Positions 25,688-38,279 of a stretch of DNA of 64,000 bases are shown here, piece after piece. The notes under the pieces are model-generated. The model made no database searches. It was not told the origin of the DNA and saw only the letters and a program-made list of their open reading frames with translations. Location: the NCBI RefSeq assembly GCF_018977255.1, contig NW_024704743.1:106828001-106892000 (forward strand). The letters are read 5' to 3'. Position numbers and translations under genes: made by a program. Numbering within the stretch: the first letter of the stretch is position 1; each line of letters begins with the position of its first letter. Source of the stretch: Callorhinchus milii (Eukaryota).

Positions 25688-26043
25688 ATAATAATGATGA
25701 TCCTTGTATTTGAAATAGCCCTTATCATGTCATTTAGACGTCTCAAAATGCTTCGCAGAATATTGTGTAAAGTGTAGTGACTATTTATTTTGTGGGTGAA
25801 ACGCGGCAGCCAATTGCACACAGCAGTGATCCACAAACAGTCATGGATTGAGTGACCAAATTATTATTACCCCAGAAAGCAACCCGGGGAACCGACTAAC
25901 AACTGGGTTCCTACTTACTGCTGGGTAAATAGAGGGGTGTGGAGTAAGGAAAGTTGCCTAAGGTTTCGCCCCGACGGGAATCAAACTTAGGTCCTCACGC
26001 TTGTGAGACAAGTGATCTAACCACTAAGCTACAAGATTCCACA
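25688..26043 (-). mobile_element. Long-form tRNA SINE with CORE-like segment
   Basis: Retains the CCTCTATTTACCCAGCAGTAAGTAGGAACCC block that is absent from young copies. Confidence 0.85.
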
Positions 26044-26224
26044 CGTAGAATAACACACCCTCTCCAAGGTGGGAGTGAGCTACAGGCTGGAATTTAATCC
26101 AGGCCCTCGAGGGTAGGTTATAAATAGAATAACACACCCTCTCCGAGAGAGAAAGAGAGAGAGAGAGACTGAGAGAAAGACTGAGAGAGTGAGAGATTCT
26201 TAGTTTCATATTCTCTGAACGATT

Positions 26225-26498
26225 ATCAGAAAGTTGGAAATTTCTTCACTCAGAGCGTAGTGAATTTATGGAATTCTCTACTCCAGAATGCTGTAGATGC
26301 TCAGTCCTTGAACATATTCATGATTGAGATTGATAGGTTTCTAAAGGATAGAGGAATTAAGGGATATGGGGATAAGGTGGGCAGATGGAGTTAGGTTAGA
26401 AGATCAGCCATGATCTTATTGAATGGCGGGGCAGGCTCAAGGGGCCGAATGGCCTACTCCTGCTCCTAATTCCTATGTTCCTACGTTCCTATGTTCCT
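26225..26498 (+). mobile_element. CR1 3' fragment
   Basis: Highly similar to 5305-5527; (TTCCTATG)n tail. Confidence 0.9.
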
Positions 26499-27779
26499 AA
26501 TTGGATTTTGCTCATTCATTAGCAGTCACATTCTCCCATTTTCAAGGCACACAGTAAAATCCTGTGAAACACTTTGGGATGTAAATTGAATTATTTTATA
26601 TTAAATTTGTGTATTATTATTATTAATTATTATTGTTGTTGTTGTGGCTGACCATCCCCTCTGCCCTTTTGACCCCTAAAGAGTTCAGAGAGATTTTGAA
26701 TTTCTTAATGTATCTGGTGCTGCAGTCCATTCTTGGTAATTTTCTCATCATTATTTCAAATTGCAAGAGTTTACAGCTCTGTAAATTTAAATGCATTTTC
26801 CTTCTGTATTCTTCTGTTCATGGATACATTTATTCTCGTAGCATTCTCTTGTGAATTGTTTTCCCATACTTGCTATTCACTCAGTAAAGGACGGATGTAT
26901 ACTAAATGGCGAAAAGGGTTTGTTTTCCAGATGTATAACAGTTTCATGTTATCACCCTGTAAATAAATGACTGAAATGATTTACTTATGATGTGGAGAAA
27001 CTGGATTTCTCATTTAGTATCAGGAAGGACAACAGAACCATTCCATAGATCATCTGAAGTGCATATGTGTGTGTATAAAAGAGTTTGGGGACAAAGGCAG
27101 GAGAATGGAACTAAATATAGGGTTCTTTCAGAAAGCCAGCACCAAGTGATGGGCCGAGACGTGCCCTTTTGTGCTATAAATCTCTATAGTTTCTTGGTAA
27201 TAACGTGTTCTAGAGAATAATTTGATTCCGAGCACATCCGTCTCCTCACATAAAACAATGATTGCTGGGCAATCATTCAAATCATCCAATGCTGTCTCAA
27301 GATTTGATTAATCAATATTTTTATTTATCTTTATCCTCAATTTTTGCCATTCACATTATATTTCCAAGTTGCTTGTCTTTATTTCTTGTGAAGATTGTTC
27401 TCTTGCTTGCTTATGTTCCTTAATTCATGAGAAATCCCAGAGTACAGAGAGTAAAAATATACATTAGTTGCATCACTTAAATTCTACAGCAATCTTTCCA
27501 GTACACTCCAACATTTATAATAAACTACAATTATTGAGTAAATAGGCTAAAGTTACATAAAGCGTTTGAATATTAACAGTATTCAATTGAGGTTACGAAA
27601 TACTGAAAATAGCTCTAATCTAGAGACTCTGACCTCACCAGCTTGCACAAAGGATAAAAATGGAATATACAAGCTGCTCAATTTATTCATTTAATTAAAA
27701 AATGAAATTGTACTGTCAGATACCAATGGAATATATGAAGGATGATCCTATCACACCTGTATTAGTAGCTAGCTGTACT

Positions 27780-28146
27780 GTGGAGTCCTGTAGCTCAGTG
27801 GTTAAATCACTCGCCTCGAAGCGAGAGGCCTGGGTTTGATTCCCGGGAGGGTGAAATGTAGGGCAAGTTTTCTTACTCCACATGCCTCTGTTTACCTAGC
27901 AGTAAGTAGGAACCCGATTGTTTGTTGATCGGTGGATCGCTTTTCAGGAGTTATAATTCCTCAAAAAAAGATTGGTTACTTCAATCCATAACTGTTTGTG
28001 GGACACTGCTGTGTGCAATTGGCTGCCACGTTTCACCCACAAAATATACAGTCAATTTGCTTTACAGTATATTCTGTGAAACGCTTTGAGATGCCTCGAA
28101 CACGTGGTAAGGAGCTATACCAAATGCAAGGATTATTATTATTATA
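27780..28146 (+). mobile_element. Long-form tRNA SINE with CORE-like segment, full length
   Basis: A-box TAGCTCAGTGG, B-box-like GGTTTGATTCC, GGGCAAGT...GCCTCTGTTTACCTAGCAGTAAGTAGGAACC, shared tail. Confidence 0.88.
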
Positions 28147-29514
28147 TGCTGGGATGCTGGAACCCTGTTTTATTCCTTGAGTCTATTGACTCCCTCCTTA
28201 CCCGGGGTCAACAAAATAGTTATAGTGGGAATCGGGGATGGACAGGAATTCTGTTCCTTTATTCAGTGTGATGTGATTCTGTGTGAATGGTGGTGCAAGT
28301 TATTCCCGTATCCAATTTAAATCATACCATGCATAATGATGCAGCCTCTATTTGAACTCTTGATAATTTTTACATCTACTTGGCACCACACAGGAAAATG
28401 ACAGCCAAGCTAAAGGTTGCCTACAACTCCTGCCTCTGGGGGTACTCTGACCAGTACTGTATACTGTATATCAGTTCACACAATGTACAGTGAAAACACA
28501 AAATCCTTGAGTCTACCAAAATCCTCCTTACCCAGGGTCAATGTGTGGACCTGAAGATCCCACAATAGTATTTTGAATAATGAGGGCCAAGATCTCTTGA
28601 TATCTTGGTCAATATTCCTTCCTCAACCAAAAATTCAACGCACAATAAATAAACTGGTCATTCATCTCGTGGCTGTTTCTTGGTCATTGCTGGAGAAGTA
28701 TAACCAGTACATATGAATAAAATATATTTTGCAAAGCAGTTGTAGCTGCTTACATTGAATTCAGGTTATTGAAATGAGCTTGGTTAAACAAAGGAGCTTA
28801 GGAAGAGTAGGACTGATTGAGAGCTTTTTATGAGCTCTCTTACTGCCAAGTTTTACAAAGAACCACATGCGTCCATGGTTTAAATGTATCTGTGTCAGTT
28901 ATGCAATTGTACCGCACTTGCTTCACATTCAAAATAGTTAACCATATCAATCTACATTATTATTTGCAAGTTTTGTTTTATTATTATTTATATGCAAAGC
29001 TTATTTTTAACATGATTAATTCAGTGTGGTAGGCTCTGTGAACCTTTTAGGGCCAGTATTACAGCATTACTAACCCCAGTGTTCCCTTTGGTAATAATTA
29101 AAGCTTTGCTGGAGAAAATTTCCTGTATAATGTGCTAAATCATAGGTGCAGCCACAATGTAAATGAAACAGCCTCACACAATTCATGTTTAACACAGGCT
29201 ATCTGTTTCTGTTCGTCATCATTTTAATAATAGAAACTCACTTGACTGGAAAGGGGCTTATTATAAGTTTCTGCACACAATTTCTGTCAAATTGTAAATC
29301 ATCTCTGAGACATTTAAACCTTGTGAATTTCTCCATTTTAAAAAATAGTTTATTGCATATTGAGGAAGCAAATTGTTTGTAATTGAAGCATATGAAGGAT
29401 CAATTCACTTTGACTTATTTAAATATGTTTTTAGATTAATTTCTCAAAAAGCAATGCAAAAATAACCACCCTAAATGACTTATACACAACTTTTAATATA
29501 ATAATCTTGTTCTC

Positions 29515-29805
29515 ATGGTCTAGGCGGACACTTCAATACAGTACTGGGGAAGCACTGTATTTGAGTTGCTGTCCTTCGGATGAGACATTAAATCAAAGTT
29601 CCATCTACCTGTTCGGGTGAATGCTAAGATTCTATGTCACTATTGAAAAGAGAAGAGAATTTTCCCCGGATAAAATTAATCATTTACTTCATTTCTGTTT
29701 GTGGGACATTGCTGTGCAAAAATTGGCTGCCATTTGAGCCTATAAGATACACAGTCACTACACTTTACAGTAAATTCTATAAAATGCATTCAAATATCCT
29801 CCTGA
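29515..29805 (+). mobile_element. DeuSINE/SacSINE1-like fragment
   Basis: GTCCTTCGGATGAGACATTAAA core. Confidence 0.72.
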
Positions 29806-31298
29806 CACGAGTTTGAATGTTGGCTGAGAGGCAACATGAAAATATAATCAGTCACAATAACAAACTGAACAAGTCATGTTGCAACACAGATGCTGCCTTT
29901 CATTTTCATTTTATACAGTTAATTATATTTGCATAACATTCTTTGTGGTCTGTGTTTTTTTTGCCATTCATTATCGTTGTGTGGGATTGAGAATCATCAC
30001 TTGAGGCACAGGGCCCCTGATAAGGCTGATGATACAAATGATACAAAAATCCCACCTGCAGGTAAAGCAATATTCTACTATAAACAATAATTCATTGAGA
30101 GTGGGCATTGAAGTATAATTTGTCCAGACAGCAAATCTAGTACTCCAGACTTGTTGTGCTTCACTGCTGGTTATGCCACCTGTGACTGCCATGTGGATCA
30201 TTCTGACTTTAACAATGGGGATCATACCTATTATCAAACAATTTGCCAACAAGCAGAAAGAGGCTGTTGATATCGTTTAGCTCACGTGGTTTATCCAGAT
30301 TGCATTTCGTACCTGGGAATGCAGAGGATCTGTGCCTCTAGAAACTGAGACTGACCAAAAGTGTAGCCCTGCCACGCTAAAGGCACAATGCTATCTGCAC
30401 CTTTTATAGATGCCAAATTGGGCACCTTTCAGGAATCAACAGGAGATAAAGCAGGTCTGTTTCATACAACACAAGGATAGATTTGGTGTTCCAAAAGAAT
30501 TATTTCATTGTCTTATCAGTTCATGGCTGTTTTGGGAACTTGCTGTGTACAGAAAGGCTACTGTGTTTGCCAACTAAAACACAGTCACTACATTTGCCAG
30601 CAATTAACTGAGAATGGCTTTGAGACTTTAGAACGTAAGAATATAAGAATTTGCTCGGCGAAAGAAGAACTAAGTCCATCCAGTTCACCTTCCACTATCC
30701 TGGCAGTCGCATGACATGTCATGTTCCAAACTATATACTATAGACCGAGATACTATTTCCTTACAGAATTCTATATAATTTGTTCTTGAATGAATTTACA
30801 CTTTCTGCTTTCACTGTCTCCCCAGGGAGCCTGTTCCATAACTTTACCACTCATTCACTTTCTTGGAAAATGGTGGGATAGTCTCAATGGGCCAAATGGA
30901 TTACTCCTGTTCCTATGAGATGGTTCTATATCTAATGCAAGGATTACTATTAATACATTGCCTAGATCGCCTAGGGGAAGGGTTGCAATGTATTCCAGAA
31001 AAAGCAGCAAAATCATTACCATTTGCAGCATAGTTTACATTTCTGTAGAAAGAGCAGTGTGATGTGCCGAAGGGAGATTGGCCTGTGCACAAGGACCTCA
31101 TTGAGATATTTTTAATTGACTGATACTTAATCGAAGTTCCTTTATCATTATATCCTTTTCCAAAATGCTCACTCATCTACTTGAGTTCAGTCTTGCGAGA
31201 TTCTGCGAGCCTCTTAAATCTTACTGTTCAAGAGGTATCTAACCAGCAGTGATTGGATTCCCCAATGAAATGGACAGTGATCATGTGCATAGAGCGTA

Positions 31299-31794
31299 GT
31301 GGAGTCCTGTAGCGCATTGGTTAGAGCACTGGCAACATTAGTTAGTTGCACACTACAACTCACCAAGCCAGTCAAGACCCTAAGTGTCTTGGTTGACCCT
31401 CAACTGTCTTTTCTCCCCCACATTCAAGCCATGACCCGCTCTGCCTTCCCTCACCTCCGTAACATCGCCCGACTCTCCACTACCTCACCCAAAACGCAAA
31501 ACATTAGGCAAGTTTCCTTACTCCACACGCCTCTGTTTACCTAATAGTAAGTACGAACTTGGTTGTTAGTCAATTGGTGTATTTTCTGGTGGTAATAATC
31601 CCTTCCAAATTTTTTTTAAAAATTGTCGCTCAATCCACAACTGTTTTTGGGACACTGCTGTGCGCAATTGGCTGCCGCGTTTCTATCACAAAATTATACA
31701 GTCAATTCACTTTACAGCATATTCTGTAAATGGCTTTGCGACGTTTCAAAGTCGTAATAAGGCGTGATATCAAATGCAAGGATTATTATTATTA
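31299..31794 (+). mobile_element. Long-form SINE carrying an internal L2 ORF2 patch (31329-31490)
   Basis: SINE A-box, then sequence matching L2 62813-62980, then the SINE body resumes. Confidence 0.85.
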
Positions 31795-32114
31795 TATTTT
31801 GCAGTGTCGGTCTCAATCTCCTGCAACAACAGTTCACCAGGTGCCATTGCCTGCTCAATAACAATGCTGACTGATATTCTCTGTACATTCCTCCTCATAT
31901 TAGACACGGGGTCAGCATGATGGCCATGTGGTTTCCTGCAGGAATTAACGTTGCAAAGCCTTCTCAGATCCAGTTGGAGGTATCATATTGTTATTCACAA
32001 ATTATGTCTCGTCGCCAAAATGTTGCAATGCCAGCATGTTCTGCTCTGGTGCCTCTCCCTGCTCTACACATCTAATTTAACTGATAAAACAGATAAGAAC
32101 AAAGACTGCGAAAA

Positions 32115-32510
32115 GCATTGCGTGTTAGCAGATCAAAACTCCGGCACCGGTATCCTCACCTGCACCAAACTCCAGGCTATACCACCACAGTCCTGCCCAG
32201 GCTCGCTTGCTATTACAGAATGGTTCAACTTCAAGACTCCCACACTCATGTAGAAATCACTTCATGCCAACGTACTTCCCTACCCTCTGACCTGCTTATT
32301 CCCCACTCTACTACCCACCGCTTCCGCTCGGTTGGGTAGGCTGACAAGCAGGGAGTTTATGTAGTCAAGCTTGGATGAATGCATGTATGAGGGTCTCAGC
32401 GGCCTGCGGTGTGAGACAGTGGCAGAGTCAGGCGATGCTGTGGAGGTGGGTGAAGGCATAGAGTGTTCCTGGAGTCGAGGGTGGAGGCAGAGAGATAGAA
32501 TTGAAAAATC
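32115..32510. mobile_element. Old rearranged L2 fragments (+ then -)
   Basis: Degenerate similarity to L2 ORF2 in both orientations, switching near 32330. Confidence 0.6.
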
Positions 32511-32734
32511 ACATTCATGGCTGGTTGCCACAGGCCATAAGTGGAATGCCCAGCCAAGGATCTCTAGAATATGATTGTCATGAGAAGGAGGTTGCCCTCT
32601 CTAGTCTGCCACGGATTCACATTACTCTATGAAAATTTCATCTATGATTCTGACAAGGAAGGACAGTATTTATTGAGCAGCAAGAACAACTTTTTATATC
32701 AGGAGCCTTTATTCATTATATGTGCATAATAGCA

Positions 32735-33056
32735 AATAATAATAATAATCCTTGCATTTGATATAGTGCTTTTCACGTCAGGAGGATGTCCCAAAGCGCT
32801 TCACAGAACACACTGTAAAGTGAATTGACTGTATATTTGTGGGCGAACGCGGCAGCCAATTGCGCACAGCAATGTCCCACAAACAGTCGTAGATTGAAAA
32901 TGACCAATTTATTATTGTTTTTTTTTGGAGGGATTATTATTAGGCGTGTGGAGTAAGGAGTAAGGAAACTTGCCCAAGGTTTCGCCCTGCCTGGAATTGA
33001 ACTCAGGTCTCTCACTTGCAAAGCGAGTGCTCTAACCACTGAGCTACAGGACTCCA
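32735..33056 (-). mobile_element. Young tRNA-derived SINE, full length
   Basis: Near-identical reverse complement of 46148-46467. Confidence 0.95.
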
Positions 33057-33064
33057 AATACCAC

Positions 33065-33480
33065 TTTATTATAATAATCTTTGCATTTGATATACACCTT
33101 ATCACATCATCAAAATGTTGCAAAGCGCTTTGCAGGTATTTACTGTAAAGTGTAGTCCTGTGTATTTGTTCACAGCAATGTCCCACAAACAGCCATGTTA
33201 TTTAGAAAGAATAATTTTATGTGGAAAAATTGTTGTTCAGGACACCGGGAGAAACTCCCATCATTTTTTTAGAAAGTGAAATGGGATCTTTAAAGTCCAC
33301 CTGAACAGGCAGATCGGACCTTGGTTTAACATCTCATCCCTTCCACATTGTAACACACCATCAACACTGTATTTGGAGTGTCAGCTTGGGGCTATAAACT
33401 CAAAGTCCTGACACGAAGCTTGAACCCACAACCTTCTGCCTCAGAAGTGAGATTGCTACCAAGTGAGCTCGCCTGACACC
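33065..33480 (-). mobile_element. Near full-length DeuSINE/SacSINE1-like SINE
   Basis: Head, Deu-like core and tail are colinear with 36288-36755. Confidence 0.83.
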
Positions 33481-33901
33481 TGTATTGTTACTGTATTATA
33501 GAGTGTTATTATGACCTTCCATGTTGTTTGGGCTTTAGTTTCTAAGTAACTGAATGAAAGTAAAACTTTGTTTCAAAAAGGGAAGATTTAGAAGAATAAT
33601 TTGATGGTCTTTTTACACTTTCAGATTATATATTTTTCCACATCTCGTGTCAGCTACTTTGTAAGCCCCACATGATATATACCCTGCAACCTATTGTGGG
33701 CTTGTTTTCAGGAGCATAGACTGGCACATCTTTCCCTGGACGCGTTGAGATATTTCTCACGACTTTTTGGGGACATTGATCTGAGCAATTGGCTGCTGCA
33801 TTTCGCCCACAAAATATACAGTCAATTCCCTTTACAGTATATTCTGTGAAGTGCTTTGAGATGCCTCGAAGACATGGTAAAGAGCTATACCAAATGCAAG
33901 G

Positions 33902-33947
<46 letters not shown>

Positions 33948-34224
33948 GCTGGGATGCTGGAACCCCGCTTGATTCCTTGAGTCTATTGATGCCCTCCTTA
34001 CCTGGGGTCAACAAAATAGTTATAGTGGGAATCGGGGGAAAGCGCTTTGAGATATCTCAATGACGTGATTTGGCTCAATATCAAATGCAAGGATTATAGA
34101 ATTACTATTATTTCTGCTCGAATATTGTACCCCGTACAGTTGTATTAGTCCATTCTTTGACTTTGAATGCTACTTAAGCATATTTATGCATTCTTTAAGA
34201 GGATTAGTATCAATGCTTTTATTA

Positions 34225-34368
34225 ACCTCCCTGCTTCCCCCCCTGCTCTCCACCCTCCCCGACCCCTGGCACCCAGCTCGGGTCCGTAGCTCTGTCTGTC
34301 CAGCGACTTGGGACGTCCTCCCAACGTGAAAGGCGCTATACAAAGGTAATTTTGTTGTTGTTGTTGTT
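34225..34368 (+). mobile_element. L2 3' end, tail-to-tail with the next L2
   Basis: Terminal hairpin followed by (TTG)n. Confidence 0.85.
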
Positions 34369-34389
34369 GAAATGCAAGTATCCCTTGTA

Positions 34390-35925
34390 AACAAAAACAA
34401 CAACAACAAGATTACATGTGTATAGCATCTTGCACTTCGGGAGGACGTCCCAAGGCGCTGGACAGTGTACAGCATTTCGGACCCGAGCTGGGGTCAGGGA
34501 GAGAGAAGGGAGGGGAGGGGAAGGGGGGTGGCCAATGGCATATTCGAAGAGGAGGGTCTTGAGGCAAGACTTGAAGGAGGCTAAGGAGATGGTGAGGCAG
34601 AGTGATTGGGGGATGGAATTCCAGAGGTTGGTGGAGGGGTGGCTGAAGGCGCTCCCACCAATGGTGGGGCGGGTGGGTCGGGGGACGTGGAGCAGGCCGG
34701 AGCCGGCTGAGAGGAGGGAGCGGGCGGGTTGGCAGGGGGTTAGGAGGTCACAGAGGTAGGGTGGGGTGAGGCCATGGAGGGCTTTGTAGGTGAGGACCAG
34801 GATCTTGAACTGGATCCTCTGAAGGATAGAGAGCCAATGGAGTCGGGTGAGAATGGGGGAGATGGGGTCACAGAGTTTGGTGCGGGAGAGGCCACGGGCT
34901 GCAGAGTCCTGGATTATCTGCAGTTTGTGGAGGGAGGAGTTGGGAAGGCCGACAAGCAGAGCATTTGCATAGTCAAGCCTGGAGATGATGAAGGCATGAA
35001 CAAGAGTTTCAGTGTCCTGAGGGGTGAGGTAGTGGCATTGTCGAGCAATGTTACAGAGGTGAGGGAAGGCAGAGTGGGTCATGGGTTGAATATGGGGGAG
35101 AAAAGACAGTTGAGAGTCGAACAAGACACCTGGGTTCCTGACTGGCTTGATGAGTTGTAATGTGCAACCATGGAGGTTGATGTTGCCAGAGCCTGTGGGC
35201 CTCAGTCTTGTTCACATTCAACTGTAGGAAATTTGCCCTCATCCAGGACTTGATGTCCAACGGCAGTCTGTCAGGACAGCAGTGGTCCTGGAGTTGAGGG
35301 TGGAGGCAGAACGATAGAGTTGGATGTGTCATCCGCATACATGTGGAAGTTGACCCCATGTCTGCAGATGATGTCACCAAGGGGGAGCATATAGATATTA
35401 AAGTGGAGAGGGCCAAGGACAGAGCCCTGGGGGATGCCAGACATGATAGTGCGGGGACTGGAGGAGAAACTATTAGAGGCAACAAAGTGGAGACGGTGAG
35501 AGAGATAGGATTCGATCCAGGCAAGGGCAGATCCGTGAAGATTAAGTAAAGCGGAGAGGCGGTGTATGAGGATGGAGTGGTCGACAGTGTCAAAGGCGAC
35601 AGAGTGGTCGAGGAGGACAAGGAGGCAGAGGGAGCCCTGATCACAGATGTTCAGAATGTCATTAGTGACTTTGACCAGAGCTGTTTCCGTGCTGTGGGCA
35701 GCGCAGAAGCCGGATTGGAGGGGTTCTAAGAGGGAATGGTGAGAAAGAAAGGAGCAGAGCTGGGATGCGACGACTCGTTCCAGGACCTTGGAGAGGAATG
35801 GGAGGTTAGAGATGGGGCAGTAGCTGGAGAGGAGGGATGGGTCCAGGGAAGGTTTTTTCAGGATGGGGGTGATAACGGCTGTTTTTAGGGGGTGGAACTG
35901 AACCGGTGGACAAGGAGAGATTGAT
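34390..35925 (-). mobile_element. L2 LINE, 1.5 kb 5'-truncated RT-containing copy
   Basis: PISNLPFLSKVLERVV, VPQGSVLG-like and FHMYADDT motifs; ORF 34336-35124 is the L2 C-terminus. Confidence 0.95.
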
Positions 35926-36287
35926 AAACAGTAACTTTACACATACACACGACTGGTTGTACAATTCTATTGTCTATCACAAAGGAGTCCTTTGGTATTC
36001 CATCACATTAGGCAATAGAAATAGAGTGGGGAAGGCTTAGCCTTCTTAGCCTCCTTTGACTGACAGTCACTGACCAGTAATAATAATAATAATAGCAATA
36101 ATAATAATAAGGATTATAATCCTTGAATTTGCTACAGAGGTTTTCACGTCAGGAGGATGTCTCAAAGCCCTTCACAGGACTTGCTATAAAGTGTAGTGAC
36201 TGTGTATTTGTTGGTGAACGTAGCAGCCTTTTTCCCCACAGCAATATCCCACAAACAGCCATGAAATTAAACCAATTGTTGGCAGGA

Positions 36288-36755
36288 TGTCAGCCTGGCT
36301 CAGTTGTAGCTCTCTCACCTCTCGGTCAGAAGATTGTGAGTTCAAGCCCCACATCAGGACTTGAACTCACATAGTCTAAGATGACACTCCAATGCATTGC
36401 TGAGCTTGTGCAGCATTGTCAGAGGTGCCTCCTTCGAATGAGATGTTAAACCAACATCTGGTCTGCTGATCAGTTTGATTTTAAAGATACCATTGCACCA
36501 TTCAAAAAGAGAAGGGAGTTTAACCCGGTATCATGGCCAACAATCCCTCAAATAAAATTGATCAGTCACTTCATAGCTATTTGTTGTGTGTTGTGTTTGT
36601 TCACATTGTTGTGTGCAAATTTCCTGCTGCATTCTCCCACAAATATACAGTCACTCTACCTCACAGTAAATCCTGTGAAGTGCTTTGGGTCATCCTCCCA
36701 AGGTGAAAGGCGCTATACCAAATGCAAGGATTATTATTATTATTATTATTATTAT
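36288..36755 (+). mobile_element. Full-length DeuSINE/SacSINE1-like SINE
   Basis: tRNA head, Deu-like core and (TTA)n tail. Confidence 0.87.
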
Positions 36756-36999
36756 TCGGACACTGGGAGAAACGCTCTTCTCTAATGCACTATCCAGTGA
36801 GCTCTCCAGGAAGTGCATTTGTACGGATAATGGATCAAAACAGATCTGATCAAAGTTGTGATTTACTCTTATGACTAGATAACTCATTATCTGGGCTCAC
36901 AGGTAGATCACGTAATAAGGAGCTGGCAGCACCGACAGCACCACACCTTGTTACAAGACACCCTCTTTCAGTAGAGGAGGAATGAGAAGACATTTTTTT

Positions 37000-37620
37000 T
37001 CCATTACAGAATCAAATAATTTTTTAAATGTGTCCTGGCCTCAACCACCATTCTTGGTAATCCATCGTATCTGTTAATTAACTTCTGTGTAAATAGATAC
37101 ACCCTTGTATCTGTCCTAAACTTACCCTTCACGCCCTGAACTTGTGCTATCTTGCTGATCTTGTACTGTAAGTGATGGGATTATCCTGTGTCCACTTGTA
37201 TTCTCTGTTTGACTATTTTATATACCTCTATTAGGTCACTCTGGTTGCCATCCCTTGCGCTACCTCTTGTAATTTTGTGGTGATCAGAGCTATACGCACT
37301 ATTTCAGGTGCGGCCTGACTGGAGCACTGTGTATCTTAAACATGACTTCTGGGAATTTGTGCCAGACTGATTTGGCAACTCAGCACAGCGTCACATTGGC
37401 TTTGCTCATTGCTGCCTTGTGTTGTTCGGGCACGGTGAGCAATGAGTCAGGATGCATCGCTAGATCCCTTTCAACTTCTGTTTGGCAAGTTCTATCCCAC
37501 TTATGGAATTCATGCAGTTGCTGTTATAACTTCCGACATAGCGTGCCATGCATGTATTTGCATTTGCATTGAAGTTTATCTGCCAGCAATCAGTTCAGAT
37601 GAATAACCAGTTAAACTCTC
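37000..37620 (-). mobile_element. Ancient CR1 fragment
   Basis: Reverse complement gives VRPHL(E)-like GTCAGGCCGCACCTGAAATAGTG and a WQINFN-like stretch. Confidence 0.65.
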
Positions 37621-38279
37621 TTTTGTACACCATGTACAGTAACCACTATTAAATTAATTAGCCTTAGTAATTTTATCTAATATTCTACAAAGCAAATGTG
37701 AGAATTCATCTTGCCGAACTCAGAACAGATTAATTCTTATCTTGCCCCTTACTTTATTCTAATAGACGTAGCACCATCTATTTTGCATTTACAACAGCTA
37801 TTTTCAGGCATAATGATGTGAATGTAATTGTTCCACTGCTTAACTTCCTTACTAAGAATTGTCCATTTGAAACGGGAAATTATTAGGACTGGATTAACTG
37901 CTTAATATTTTAGTCACTTCTAGCACATGTATTGTCAACTGACACTGGAATGTGTAACTTTTTAATGCTCTTTGTAACAATTCTGCAGCAAATAAGCAGT
38001 GTTGTTTCCAGAAAATAACTAATTAAGGAATGATCTTTCGATCCTTGTATTTCTCCAGTTTGACATTTTCCTAAATGTATTTTTCAAGATGCCCTTTTCA
38101 CTCATGGGAAATCTGACCCGTAGAAGGAGGCCAGTAATCAGCTTCATGTATGCATTTTGAACACCCGGCATGAATTTCTGCAAAGCCCGACTCAAGGGTG
38201 ATGTGAGCAGACAATGAACGTGTGCTAACAATAGCATCACAGTGGATCTTCCTGAACATGTGTGGACTCATGCTCAAAA

